From Alphaproteobacteria bacterium (GTDB lineage Bacteria > Pseudomonadota > Alphaproteobacteria > UBA828): a stretch of 64,000 nt of DNA. This document shows, one piece after another, positions 9,613 to 20,131 of the stretch. Under the pieces are notes generated by a model. It did no database searches and was not told where the DNA came from. It worked only from the letters and a program-made list of their open reading frames with translations. The first letter of the stretch is position 1; every line of letters starts with the position of its first letter. The translations under genes and the position numbers were made by a program. The stretch covers positions 1,760,001-1,824,000 of the forward strand of contig CBDCCI010000002.1 of the NCBI GenBank assembly GCA_965214705.1, written 5' to 3'.

Positions 9613-9923
9613 TATCGATCTCCCTGGATCGCGACGGCGCGCCGCCGGACCGATCCGGCGACGGTCCGTCGCAGGGGTCGATGCTAACCACTGGTGATCG
9701 GGAGGCTGCTGGGGATCCGCCACTCGACGGGCGGAGCGCCACTGACGCAACCGGGAAGCGAACGCACAGGGCAAACGGCACCCGCGACGCCTCGGAAATG
9801 AATGAACTCTACGCCGCTAACTCCGCGTAGCGGCTTCGTTCTAAAGCCGAAGTACAAATCCGCCCTGGCAGGAATCTCGCGCAGGATGACGACATTGGTC
9901 AGATGTGGTAGCCTGTGGCCGTT

Positions 9924-9994
9924 CTCTTCACGGGGCCTCTTCACGGGGCCTCTTTACGGGGCCTCTTTACGGGGCCTCTTTACGGGGCCTCTTT
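9924..9994. repeat. Tandem repeat, 13-bp unit CTCTTYACGGGGC x5 plus partial
   Basis: Directly visible; no spacers; ends ~30 bp upstream of the lipoprotein start. Confidence 0.95.
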
Positions 9995-10116
9995 GAAGCG
10001 CGTTCGGGAGGGAGGCCCTGAAATCCATGACTACAAAAATCAGGAATTTACCGCTTGTGGCGGTGGCAGCGTTGGTGCTGACCGTGTCCGCATGCGGGGG
10101 TGGCGGCCCGGCCACC

Positions 10117-10203
10117 GACGGCGATGACATGATGCCCGGTGACGGCGACGGCATGACGCCTGGTGATGGCGATGGAATGATGCCGGGCGACGGCGACGGA
10201 ATG
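10117..10203 (+). repeat. 24-bp coding repeat (DGDGMMPG-like x3.6) in the lipoprotein linker
   Basis: Visible in DNA and translation. Confidence 0.9.
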
Positions 10204-10395
10204 GTGACCGAATACGGGCACGGGTTGGAAGCCAGCCCCCTGTCCTCGCCGACTGCCTCGAGCGCGACGGATTCGCTGGAGAATTTGGATGCCGCCGAGA
10301 CGGCGTTTGCGCCTGTAACGGCGCCCGTCAAGATCACGTCGGACGACATGGGCCAGGCAGGCGTCGTGTTGCTGGAGGACGACGAAGAGGCGTAA

Positions 10396-12555
10396 CCCAA
10401 GTTGGCACTTTTCCGCTGCCTGTGTTCCCTATTGGTTTGATTCAACGCGATATTTTTCTCGGTCGATTCCAACATGGCCCCACATTTTGTGAGATTCTGT
10501 CAGCTCATCAGACGGGTCCTCGTGCGGTGGATGGCGGGGTCCACGCCCGCCGCCGAGGAGATTGCGGCAACCTCGGCGGCCGGGCGCGTGTCCTGGCGGT
10601 TGACGATCAAGGTGCCGTCGGTCTGGCGCAGGCGCGTGGTGATCCGCACCCAGGTCCGCATGCTCTCGCGGATCGACGCCCAGCACTTGTGGATGCCGCG
10701 CGCGGCCAGCCGGGTACGGATCAGATGCACGGCGTGGTAGGCCAGCACGGCGATCAGCAGGTGGGCCGCGATGCGCCGGTCGAGCTGGTGCCAGATCGGG
10801 CGAAGGCCGAGCTCGGATTTCAGGCTCCGGAATGTCGCCTCGATATCCGTGATCCGCCAGTACGTCCGCAGGACCGTCTCGATGTCCCAGTCGACGTGGC
10901 TGGTGCGCAGCACATAGGCACCGGCGCCCTCATCGGCCTCGTCGTATCGCGGCCTGCGCTTGAAGCGCACGGCGGTGGCATTGGGGCCGGTTTTCGCCCT
11001 CTCGACCGTGATCTCGTAGTGCCTGGCGACGGCGGAGAAGCGCTGCTTGAGGTGGCCTATGCTCTCCAGCACCTTGTCGTAGCGCTTGAGGCGGCCCTTG
11101 ACCGGGAGGCCGCCGTGGAGCCTTTCCAGCGCCGCCTCGAAGCGGTTCCGCCTCAGGCCGATGATCGCGTTCTCGGCCTTCTTCTTGCCCTCGCTGACGA
11201 CGTAGAGCCGCGCCTCGCCGTCCTCGCTGGCAAGCCGCCAGGCCCGCACCTCGTGGCGCGCGCTGGTGATCAGCAGGGCCTCGGGTCCGCCCTCGGGCGG
11301 CGCAGGCCTGGCACCGCGGCTGACCGCGATCCAGTCGTAGCCCTGCTCGCCCAGCCACGCGATGTTTTTCTCGGTGGCGATGCCCGCGTCCATGACCACC
11401 GTGGGCTTCGGCGCCGTGCCGCCGCACACCGCCTCGAGCCGCGCCAGCGCCTCGTGCAGCGTGCCCGGCTCGCTCACGTTGCCCGGCAGGATCTCGCAAC
11501 TGCGCGGGAAGCCCGCGCCGTCGAGCGCCAGCGCCAGCGTGATGAGGGGACAGTCGTCGCGCTTCTGCTTGGAGCGCCCGAACCTGGGAAGCTCGCCGCC
11601 CGTGTGGCCGTGGTAGTGGACGTTGGTGAGATCGTAGAAGGCGATCGTCTCGGGCAGGTCGAGCAGTGCGCGCTCACGGTTGAACAGCTCCCGCTGGATG
11701 GCGGCGCGGTGGCGCCAGAGCAGGTCGCCGATGCGGTAGAGCGTCTTGCGCCGCAGCGCCTTGCGGTCGCCCTCCAGGCCCAGGAGCTCGGCGGCCGCGC
11801 TGTCGTGGCGGAGCCAGCGGCTGGTATCACGCTCGCTGGCGGGATGGACCATCCTGGCGACGATCAGCGCGCTGGCGATGCGCCCGTCGCGGCCCTTGAT
11901 GTCGAGGCCGTGGAGGATTTCGGCGAAGCCGAGGGCGTCGAGGGCCTTGAGGCACAGGCGCTCGCAGCCGACCGTGCGCGGGTTCTCGTGCTCCAGGGTA
12001 TCGAGGTCGACGGTGGCGATGTCGGGCTTGCGCGCCTCTTCCTGCATCGCCTCGACGCGGAACCCCCTGGCCCTGAGCTTGGCGACGATGTCCTCGGCTG
12101 CGGCCCGCACATCCGCCTCGCCCTCGAACAGCGGCGGCTTGCCGTGAAGCAGCGCCTCGGCGAGTTCGGTGACGGCCTTCCACTTCTCGCGCGGCACCGG
12201 ATAGTCGGTGCCGAGATTGAGCAGCGTCCTGTGGCGCACCTTGTCGCCGACGCGCTGGGCGAGCACGAGGCGATGGCTTCGGACCGGCTGGCCGGCCTTG
12301 TCGGTGTGTGTCCTGGTTGCCTTGATGTACATGGCGGCGCCGTTTCTGCGATGCCTGTTTCGCATACACGGCGTTCGCGGCATCTGGCAAGAGGGATATC
12401 GACTCAACTCCAAAGTCCTGGCCCCACAATTGGCTTCCAGGACCACGAATGGCAAATGTGGGTCTCAGGTGTCCTCCAACCCCAACATCTAGTGGTTCAG
12501 CGCCGCAAAACTAGCTCGAACAGGCTCGGCTGGTCGGAAAAAGTGCCAACTTGGG
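10396..12555 (-). mobile_element. IS1634-family element 1, inserted in the IS66 terminal repeat
   Basis: TIR CCCAAGTTGGCACTTTT/AAAAGTGCCAACTTGGG; flanked by GTAA on both sides. Confidence 0.9.
10500..12332 (-). CDS. IS1634-family transposase
   Basis: FYDLTNVHY, FGRSKQKRDD, VMDAGIAT, IEATFRSLKSELGLRPIWH. Confidence 0.93.
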   Translation of the reverse strand: MYIKATRTHTDKAGQPVRSHRLVLAQRVGDKVRHRTLLNLGTDYPVPREKWKAVTELAEALLHGKPPLFEGEADVRAAAEDIVAKLRARGFRVEAMQEEARKPDIATVDLDTLEHENPRTVGCERLCLKALDALGFAEILHGLDIKGRDGRIASALIVARMVHPASERDTSRWLRHDSAAAELLGLEGDRKALRRKTLYRIGDLLWRHRAAIQRELFNRERALLDLPETIAFYDLTNVHYHGHTGGELPRFGRSKQKRDDCPLITLALALDGAGFPRSCEILPGNVSEPGTLHEALARLEAVCGGTAPKPTVVMDAGIATEKNIAWLGEQGYDWIAVSRGARPAPPEGGPEALLITSARHEVRAWRLASEDGEARLYVVSEGKKKAENAIIGLRRNRFEAALERLHGGLPVKGRLKRYDKVLESIGHLKQRFSAVARHYEITVERAKTGPNATAVRFKRRPRYDEADEGAGAYVLRTSHVDWDIETVLRTYWRITDIEATFRSLKSELGLRPIWHQLDRRIAAHLLIAVLAYHAVHLIRTRLAARGIHKCWASIRESMRTWVRITTRLRQTDGTLIVNRQDTRPAAEVAAISSAAGVDPAIHRTRTRLMS

Positions 12556-12635
12556 GTAAGCGGTACGCAGACCCCATACCGGAATCTGGCTTGACTACGA
12601 CGGGGATTTCTTGAGGAGCGCCGTGAGCGCGCGAG

Positions 12636-14351
12636 TCATTTTGCCTCGGGCTGGAAGTTCCACGGCAGAAGCTCCTGGATGCCCGACTGCGGGTGGCCCT
12701 TGGCGATCTTCTCGAGCGTGCTCCGCATCCAGGCGTAGGGCTCGACGCCGTTCATCTTGCAGGTCTCGATCAGCGAGGCGATGCGGGCCCAGGCTTGCGC
12801 ACCCTCGTCGTTGCCGGCGAAGAGCGCGTTCTTGGCGGTGAGCTTCAGCGGCCGGATTCGGTTTTCCACCAGGTTCGAGTCGATCTCGACACGACCGTCG
12901 TGCAGGAACTCCAGCAGCCCGTCCCACTGGTTGGCGATATAGGTCAGCTTCTCGCCGAGACGCGAGCGCGGTGAGACGCGCGAGCGCTGCTCGTCGAGCC
13001 AGACACCGAAGGTGTTCACGATCGGCGCCGACTCCTCCCAACGGATCGCGCGGCGCTCCGCCGGCGGCTTGCCCCGGATCTTCTTCTCGATCGCATAGAG
13101 CTTCGCGATCCGATTCAGACCGGCCAGCGCGATCGGCGATGCGCTCGAGTCGTATACCTCTTTCAGCTTCCGTCTTACATGCGCCCAACAGAGGGCCCGC
13201 GTCACAGGGCCTTCCGCCCGGTCCGGCCGCGCCAGGATGTTGTGGCCCGAGTAGCCGTCGAGCTGCACCGTCCCCGAAAAGCCCTCCATAAGCTCGGCGC
13301 CATACTTGCCGCCGCGGCCGGGCGCATAGCGATAGACGACGCCCGGCGGGTCCGTGCCGCTCCAGTGGCGCTCGTCACGCACAAGGGTCCACATGTAGCC
13401 CGTCTTCGTCTTGCCCCGGCCCGGGTCGAGAACGCGGATCGTGGTCTCGTCCAGACCCAGGTGATCCGACTTCTTCAGCTCATCCTCCAGGCAAGCGACC
13501 ACGGGGCGCAGGTGAAACGACGCCTGGCCCACCCACGTCGCCAGCGTCGCACGGTGAACCTCGATCCCCGAGCGCTCGTAGATCTGCGACTGGCGATAGA
13601 GCGGGCAATGATCGCCGTACTTCGCGATCAGCACCTGCGCCAGAAGAGCCTCGGTGGGAAGGCCGCCCTCGACCAGAGCGGCCGGCGCCGGCGACTGCAC
13701 CACCCCGCCCCCCTTGCACTTGTTGCAGGCGTAGCGGGGGCGCACGGTCTCGATGACGGTGAACTTCGCCGGCTCATAGTCCAGCCGCTCGCTGCGGTCC
13801 TCGCCGATCTTCGTCATCTCGCCGCAGCCGCAGGGGCACATGATCGTGTCCGGCTCGATCACCTCCTCGCGCCGGTCGACCTGGGGCCCGAAGCGCACCC
13901 CGCTGCGCGACCCCCGGGAAGAGCGCCGCCGGCGCTTGCCGCCAGCCCCCTCGTCCTGCTCCTGGTCATCTGCCTCGGGCCGACCGCCGGCTTCAGCGAT
14001 CGCCGCCCAAAACTCCTCGAACGTAAGCTGGCGCTCGTCCTCGCCGAGCTTCTCGGAGCGCGGACCGAACAGCGCCTTCCTGAGCTCCTTGTTGAGATGC
14101 TCAAGCCGGCTGATCTGCTCCGCGCTCTGCGCGTTCTCGGCCTCCAGCCGTGCCGCCCGCGCTTCCGCCGTCTGCCTCGCCGCCTCCGCCGCGCCGCGTG
14201 CCTGCTCCGCTTCGCATAGGGCTGCTTCCGTCGCCCGGCGCGCCGCGCGCTCGTCGTCAAGCTCCGCATGCAGGGCCGCCAGCGCCGCCGAAACCACCGC
14301 AGGCGACGGCGAACCGGCGCTGCTGAGGGGTGAGGGCGTGACCTTCGGCAT
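12636..14351 (-). CDS. tnpC: IS66 transposase TnpC
   Basis: LFGPRSEK, CPCGCG zinc finger, PLYRQ, DETT, CWAHVRRK, IDSNLVEN. Confidence 0.95.
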   Translation of the reverse strand: MPKVTPSPLSSAGSPSPAVVSAALAALHAELDDERAARRATEAALCEAEQARGAAEAARQTAEARAARLEAENAQSAEQISRLEHLNKELRKALFGPRSEKLGEDERQLTFEEFWAAIAEAGGRPEADDQEQDEGAGGKRRRRSSRGSRSGVRFGPQVDRREEVIEPDTIMCPCGCGEMTKIGEDRSERLDYEPAKFTVIETVRPRYACNKCKGGGVVQSPAPAALVEGGLPTEALLAQVLIAKYGDHCPLYRQSQIYERSGIEVHRATLATWVGQASFHLRPVVACLEDELKKSDHLGLDETTIRVLDPGRGKTKTGYMWTLVRDERHWSGTDPPGVVYRYAPGRGGKYGAELMEGFSGTVQLDGYSGHNILARPDRAEGPVTRALCWAHVRRKLKEVYDSSASPIALAGLNRIAKLYAIEKKIRGKPPAERRAIRWEESAPIVNTFGVWLDEQRSRVSPRSRLGEKLTYIANQWDGLLEFLHDGRVEIDSNLVENRIRPLKLTAKNALFAGNDEGAQAWARIASLIETCKMNGVEPYAWMRSTLEKIAKGHPQSGIQELLPWNFQPEAK

Positions 14352-14444
14352 GGGCCACCCCTTAATCCGATTCGCCAATGCATGACCAGGGAAAAGTGCA
14401 GGCGGGACCGCGACCGAAATCTGCGGCCCCGCCTGCGTGCCGCC

Positions 14445-14795
14445 TCACTCCGCCGCCAGCGGGCGGCGAACCGGGCGGGCCTTCACCCGGCGCCAGTCCA
14501 GACCCTCGAAGAGGGCCTCGAACTGGCCCTTCGTAAGGCGCATCACACCATCCTCGATCCGAGGCCAGGCGAAGCGGCCCTGCTCCAGACGCTTGTAGGT
14601 CATCACCAGACCGCTGCCGTCCCACGCAAGGAGCTTGAGCCTGTCGCCGCGGCGCGAGCGGAAGATCACGATCACCCCGGAATAGATATCGAGGTCCAGC
14701 TCCCCCGCCGCCGTCGCCGCAAGCGCGTCGTGGCCGCGACGAAAATCAACCGGCCGCGTCGCCAACACGATGCGAAGCGAGGGGGCCGCGATCAT
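14445..14795 (-). CDS. tnpB: IS66 accessory protein TnpB
   Basis: VDFRRGHD, FRSRRGDRLKLL, KRLEQGRFAWP. Confidence 0.95.
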   Translation of the reverse strand: MIAAPSLRIVLATRPVDFRRGHDALAATAAGELDLDIYSGVIVIFRSRRGDRLKLLAWDGSGLVMTYKRLEQGRFAWPRIEDGVMRLTKGQFEALFEGLDWRRVKARPVRRPLAAE

Positions 14796-15217
14796 GACGA
14801 CGCCCGGCCCAGGCCCGAGGCCACCGCAACAATCCGATCGACCGCGCTCTCCACCGGAAGGCGAACGACCACGCCTAGCGCCTCGATCGCCACCGTCCGC
14901 TCGGACGTCACGCTATCAACCACCACGGGAACAAATGGCGGTGCAGAGCCACCAATCCGAGCGCCCGGAAGAGTTCCCTCCCGCGCGCGCCGCCGCCACT
15001 TGGTCAGGGTCGTATCGCTGACGCCATGGCGGCGCGCGACCGCCGCAACCGAAGAGCCCGGCTCAAAGCTCTCCGAGACAATCCGCGCCTTCTCATCGTC
15101 CGGCCAGCGTCGCATGGGGGCCGGCTCAGACGGAGCCGGGGCGGCTCCCTCAGAAGCTGGGATCTCAACCGAAGCAACAGCGACACCGTCGCCAGATGCC
15201 AAAATCGAATCTGTCAT
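14792..15217 (-). CDS. tnpA: IS66 accessory protein TnpA (single HTH)
   Basis: RRWPDDEKARIVSES..VARRHGV..WRR. Confidence 0.88.
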   Translation of the reverse strand: MTDSILASGDGVAVASVEIPASEGAAPAPSEPAPMRRWPDDEKARIVSESFEPGSSVAAVARRHGVSDTTLTKWRRRAREGTLPGARIGGSAPPFVPVVVDSVTSERTVAIEALGVVVRLPVESAVDRIVAVASGLGRASS

Positions 15218-15392
15218 CGCGATCTCTCCTGTGTGGCTCGTGGTCAAGGCGGAGAGTCAGCCCCGAAATCAGATCCGCTGGAAGTATGGGGGCCCGATAC
15301 CGCTTACGAAGAGGCCTATCTGGAGTCGGTCATACACGACGGCGCGGCGGGGTATAGCGTCGTCTACGTTATCGACGGACAGAAGACGCAAG

Positions 15393-17071
15393 GGGTGTGA
15401 TTCTCGTATGGCGATATGCCAGTCGTGATGGCGCTAAAGGATATGGGCTGGTTCATTTTGGTCAAGTAGCGAGTGCCAGGACTTCGGTTGGGCTGATGTT
15501 GTCGTTAGCTGGTCCGGATCGGGCGTCCATGAGCGCATCCCATGCCCGGTCGAAGAGGCCGGATTTGATCAGGGCGCGGAAGGTCAGAACCGCCTGCCCG
15601 CCGTCGATCCGCCAGCGCATGCCCGAGCGTTTCAAGCGCTGCGCGACGAGGGTCTTGCAGGCCGCCTCGACCACACCCGAGCCGATGGCGATGCCCTCTT
15701 CCTTCAGGGCGTGGTAGCGCATCCGATGGCGGTGCTTTCGGAAGAAGGCCAGCTCGCGCTCGATCTCGGCCGGGTCCCCCTTTGCCCTGTCCAGGAGGTA
15801 GCGCAGTGCCCGGATCACCTTGTCGACGCCGCGGGGGTCGTGGCGCAGGATTTCGCGGTGCTTCTCGAACCAGTGGCGCGCCACCGCATGGTCAGAGGCC
15901 ACGCGGAGATGCTCGCAAGCGTGCCAGAAGTCGATGACCTCGGTCTCGGGCGAGAGGCTTTCGAGGAAGGTCCAGTTGTCGGCGGCCCCGTCGGCGACGG
16001 CGCCGATCCTGATCTTCGGGCTCACACGGCGGATATGGGCGACCTCGCTTGCAAGTTGCGCTTTCAGCGCGGCCTTGCCGCTCTCGGGCATACGGCCGAG
16101 ATAGAGGGTCTTCAGCCGTTGGCCCTCGGCGTCGTGGAAGGAGACCGTGCCGCAAGAGGCCTCGCGCCAGCACGCCTCGGCACGGCCGTCCTCGCCGGCC
16201 CGCAGCGCCACCATGACGCCGTCAAGGGAGACGGACGCGGTGACCGCATCGGGCGGTATGCCCTGGGTTTCACGGATGCTGGCCAGCGTCTCCGGGGCGA
16301 CGCTCTCCCAGTGCTCATGCATGCTCAGGGCCAGGCGCTGCAGCGTGCTCACCGACGGCGTCATTCCGCCCATTTTCGCGAAGAACTCCTCCGCTTCACG
16401 CGGCGTACAGTGGCCCATCATCATCAGCCCGAGCTGCGCCGCCGGCCGCGTCAGGTAGTCGTCGATGAGGCCCAGGCTCTCGTCCACCGGCACCAGCGAC
16501 GTGCTGCTCGCGCCGCTGCGATAGCGCGCACGCCGATAGGTCACGGGACCGAGCGTCGTCATGATCGTCTTCGGCGTCGCCGCCACCCGGACCCAGCTCT
16601 GTCCGTCGCGCTCGATCCGGCTCGCACCGTCGTCGCGGCTCTCGGCGAAGGCCCCAAGGAGCTTGCAACCCAAGCCGTTCATGGCGTCCCGCAGCCCCGT
16701 CTCAACCGTTTCGAACGTCTCGGCAGACGGGTCAGACCCAGCCTGTTCGCGACAGAACTCCACCACCTGGGCGACCGCTTCGGCGACTTCGGCAGGCAGG
16801 CCCAAAAGGTCGATGGACGAGGCGATGAGAGACTGCGACACTGGCATGGGAACGCTCCTGATGTTGGGTCTGATGTTGGGTTGTCGGCGCGGCATCCTAC
16901 CGCATCTCGCGGTGCGGAGCGTTCCCACCCACCACTGCTGGATGCCGCCGTTGTGACAAAATCCGGCCCTGCACCGGCCGATTGTCACGAAAACCCGATT
17001 CTGGCTGCCTACGGCCACCCGCCAATCGCGCTAAATCAATGACTTACGATCGCCATGCCAGACCTACACCC
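15393..17071 (-). mobile_element. ISKra4-family element
   Basis: GGGTGT/ACACCC ends; 8-bp TSD GACGCAAG at 15385-15392 and 17072-17079. Confidence 0.88.
15462..16847 (-). CDS. ISKra4-family transposase
   Basis: SLDGVMV, ADGAADNW, DFWHACEHL, IGSGVVEAACK, RLKRSGMRW. Confidence 0.9.
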   Translation of the reverse strand: MPVSQSLIASSIDLLGLPAEVAEAVAQVVEFCREQAGSDPSAETFETVETGLRDAMNGLGCKLLGAFAESRDDGASRIERDGQSWVRVAATPKTIMTTLGPVTYRRARYRSGASSTSLVPVDESLGLIDDYLTRPAAQLGLMMMGHCTPREAEEFFAKMGGMTPSVSTLQRLALSMHEHWESVAPETLASIRETQGIPPDAVTASVSLDGVMVALRAGEDGRAEACWREASCGTVSFHDAEGQRLKTLYLGRMPESGKAALKAQLASEVAHIRRVSPKIRIGAVADGAADNWTFLESLSPETEVIDFWHACEHLRVASDHAVARHWFEKHREILRHDPRGVDKVIRALRYLLDRAKGDPAEIERELAFFRKHRHRMRYHALKEEGIAIGSGVVEAACKTLVAQRLKRSGMRWRIDGGQAVLTFRALIKSGLFDRAWDALMDARSGPANDNISPTEVLALAT

Positions 17072-18832
17072 GACGCAAGTCGATTTCGAGGCTGCCGACT
17101 GGGTTTGGGTTCCGCCAGTAACAGACTACTACCAAAAGACCGTCGGCGGTACGACATACGGATTTGCGCACACTCCAATGGTCGCAGACTTTAAGACCGT
17201 TCACCGGCGCTATTTTCAGCTCTTCGCGTGGGAGACGGGCGAGCTGCGAGGCTACGCGGCGCTCGGGGCACTCACGCCGTCGCAAACTCTCGTAAACCTC
17301 GGTAGTGCGACTTACCAAGGCCATATCATCGCCGAGAGACACAACAACTTTACCGACCCGGATTTCAGGGCGGTCCGCGACCTGATGTGGGGTGAGTTGA
17401 CCCTGAACGCCGACTTCTCTGCGAGCACGATATCTGGAGGCGCCCAAAACTTGTGGATTCTACCGTCAGCCGGAACTTGGACGCCGGCTCCGGATACGAA
17501 CTCGATCGCCATTTCGAACGGCGAAATCGATGGGAGTCAATTCCACGCCGAATGGGCGGGCCAGGATACCGACACGAGCTCGGCTCAGGAGGACAGCTTT
17601 CGCGGATTCGAGGGGTCGATGCTGGGCGAGTTCTACGGGCCCAACGGCGAGGAGGTCGGCGGTGTGTTCAGCGGCGAGCGCGCAGCGACCGACCAGGTCA
17701 TCAACGGCCGCTTCGGCGGCGAATCCCAGTCGGCAGCCGCGGCGCGAGCGGCGGTCCAGACCGCGGCGGGTCGCGATGAAGGCATCTCAGTGAGTCAGGA
17801 CCCTGCGGTGTACGCTGACAGTTCCAGCGACACCTTGGCGAGCTTGCTGCCGGACGGCAACACGGTCTTCGCCCCGATCACCGCGGCGCTATACAGGGAC
17901 TGGGACAACAATGAAGTCAGGCAGCCAACAAATGGTGCTGCGTTCGTGAAGTCCATTTCGAGCGACGGCGCAAACGGCTTCAACCTCACCTACGTGATCG
18001 ATGGTAGAGATACAGTGGTGAACTTCTCGACCGATACCTGGAATGAACAATGGAGCAGTTATAATGTGAACCGGAGGGGCGGTGAACTCGATATATGGCG
18101 GTTCAACGACTATTGGCTATGGGCCCATACCGGCTCCTTCTACGATGACCCGAACGACAGAACGAGCGGTTCGTCGGAATTCGCCTACTTCGATATCAAT
18201 GGATGGCAACTTGATAGGACTGGCGACCAATTCCGAGGGTACTCGGTCTACGGCGCGCAGACGCGGCCGCAGAACTTGCCAACGGGAAGCGCCACCTACT
18301 ACGGACGCATGAGCGCTAGCATGTGGCTTGGCGATAATTCGGAACCGTATCCGGGAGATAGCGAATATGTCTACGGCGCTCTGACACTAAACGCCAATTT
18401 CGACAACAACGAAGTCGACGGGCTAATTGACGATCTCTACACGCAGGTCGGTGACTTCAGTACTCCATCCGAGGCGATGGGGACCGGGAACTCGATCGAC
18501 ATTTCCAACGGCGTGATTGCGGATAGCGGGTTCTCTGCTGACTGGGCGGGCTTGGACACTGACGCCAACTCCGCTGCCGAAGACACCGTTCGCGGTTTTA
18601 CAGGAACCATGCTTGGCCAGTTCTACGGACCGGCGGCGGAAGAGGTCGGTGGCGTCATGAACGGGCACCGGCCTCCCATGGGCGACCTTCCTGACTTGTA
18701 CTTCAGCGGAGCGTTCGGAGCGTCGCAGCCCGATCCTAGCGCCCAGCAGTAGGCGAAACATTCGGTTCGCGTTCACGGCTAGACGAAGGTGTCCCCATAG
18801 TTCGGGTCACCACTGTTGTTGCCGCGTGCGCC

Positions 18833-20131
18833 TTGACGGCCTTGGTGGCTGCCGGAGCGCACGCGGAGCCCGTTGAAGCAACCGCTCAGCCTCCGGCCGC
18901 CGCGCCCGAGATTTCGGACTTGGCGGCCGGTCGCCTGCTGATGGAGGCCGGGCGCTTCGAGGATGCGCTGGCGTTCCTGAAGCAGGCCCAGCCAGCTAGC
19001 GAAGAGGAAGCGATCCAACGGCGCTTCTTGTTGGGCGCGGTCTACATGCGCTTGCGCCAGCCGCGCGAGGCTGCCGAACAATACGAAGCGATCCTCGTCA
19101 TCCGTCCCGATCTGACCCGGGTACGACTGGAGCTGGCCCGCGCGCATTACGCCGCCGGACAGGACGACAAGGCCAAGTACCACTTCCAGCTCTCCCTCGG
19201 GGACAAGTTGCCTACGTCGGTCGAGAGTGTGGTGGAAGGGTTTCTCAACGCCATCGACGCGCGCAAGCGCTGGTCGGCCTATGTCTCGATCGCCGCACTG
19301 CCGGAGACCAACGCCGTCCGCCGCACCGACAGGGAAACCGTGCAGATCGGCGGCGCGACCTTCCGGCTGAACGAGGACGCACGGGAAGCATCCGGCATCG
19401 GCACGCAGCTCTCGGTGGGCGGCGCCTTCTTTCCGACCATAGGCCCTGGCCTGCGCGGGCACTTGGCCCTCTCCACAGCCGCCAAGCTCTATGAGCAATC
19501 GGCATGGAACGACATCGCGCTCGTCAGCAAGGCCGGACTCACGCGGCTGTTCGATGGCGGCAGCGCGTCAGGTGGCGTACAATTTGGTCGCCGCTGGCAA
19601 GGCACGGCAGGGTTCCAGTCCAGCGTCGGGCCCTGGGGGAGCGTCGACTACCGCCTGTCCAACCGGACGCGCGTCAGCGCCTCCACGAGCGCCGATTACC
19701 GCAAGCACGATGAGAGGGACGGCCTGGATGGCTGGCGCGTGTCGCTCAATCCCGCCGTCCGCTACGTGCTGGACAGTCAGACCGTGCTGGAGGCGGGGCC
19801 GCAGTTCGAACTTGTCGACGCGCGCGCGGATCACCGGAGCAGCCGCCTGACCGGTCTTGGGGTCGGTATCTCGCGGGCATTCGAGAACGGGATTACGGCA
19901 TCGCTTTCCGCATCGGCCCAACTGAATGGATACCGTGGCGAGGACCCGCTGTTCGGGAAGACAAGGGAAGACCGGATTGCGTGGCTGAGCGTCAGGGTGT
20001 TGCACCGGTCCTTTCAACTTGGCGGCTTCGCGCCTTATGTAGGCTACACCTACGAGCGCAGCACCTCCAACATTTCCCTGCACAATTACGAGAACCACGG
20101 CGCGATCCTGGGCCTCACCCGAGAGTTCTGA
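18833..20131 (+). CDS. Slam (surface lipoprotein assembly modifier, TPR + DUF560 beta-barrel; type XI secretion)
   Basis: TPR with RVRLELARA, P.TN..R.T motif, amphipathic beta-strands, C-terminal Phe; directly follows the TbpB-like gene. Start uncertain because the hydrophobic signal extends upstream of the TTG. Confidence 0.88.
   Translation: MTALVAAGAHAEPVEATAQPPAAAPEISDLAAGRLLMEAGRFEDALAFLKQAQPASEEEAIQRRFLLGAVYMRLRQPREAAEQYEAILVIRPDLTRVRLELARAHYAAGQDDKAKYHFQLSLGDKLPTSVESVVEGFLNAIDARKRWSAYVSIAALPETNAVRRTDRETVQIGGATFRLNEDAREASGIGTQLSVGGAFFPTIGPGLRGHLALSTAAKLYEQSAWNDIALVSKAGLTRLFDGGSASGGVQFGRRWQGTAGFQSSVGPWGSVDYRLSNRTRVSASTSADYRKHDERDGLDGWRVSLNPAVRYVLDSQTVLEAGPQFELVDARADHRSSRLTGLGVGISRAFENGITASLSASAQLNGYRGEDPLFGKTREDRIAWLSVRVLHRSFQLGGFAPYVGYTYERSTSNISLHNYENHGAILGLTREF

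Larger units (their letters stand above)
5529..9841 (-). mobile_element. Integrase + IS91-like transposase element, copy A1 (interrupted by IS110)
   Basis: Near-identical inverted copy of 24956-27619; identity stops at GAAC (9838-9841) and at ..CCTTAACC (5529). Confidence 0.9.
10392..15307 (-). mobile_element. IS66-family element 1 (body 12556-15307; terminal GTAA duplicated by the IS1634 insertion)
   Basis: GTAAGCG/CGCTTAC ends; 8-bp TSD GAAGAGGC at 10384-10391 and 15308-15315; tnpA-tnpB-tnpC. Confidence 0.93.
10027..18752 (+). pseudogene. Bilobed TbpB-like surface lipoprotein (704 aa when reconstructed), split by IS66(+IS1634) and ISKra4
   Basis: Lipobox VSAC-GGGG. Segments 10027-10391 + 15316-15392 + 17080-18752 = 2115 nt in frame. 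Two barrel motifs G.FYGP..EEVGGV and two homologous handle segments (FAP.TA..YVIDG). Confidence 0.88.

Noticed and set aside
9924-9994. Possible CRISPR array
   Set aside because: 13-bp units are contiguous with no spacers, and there are no cas genes.
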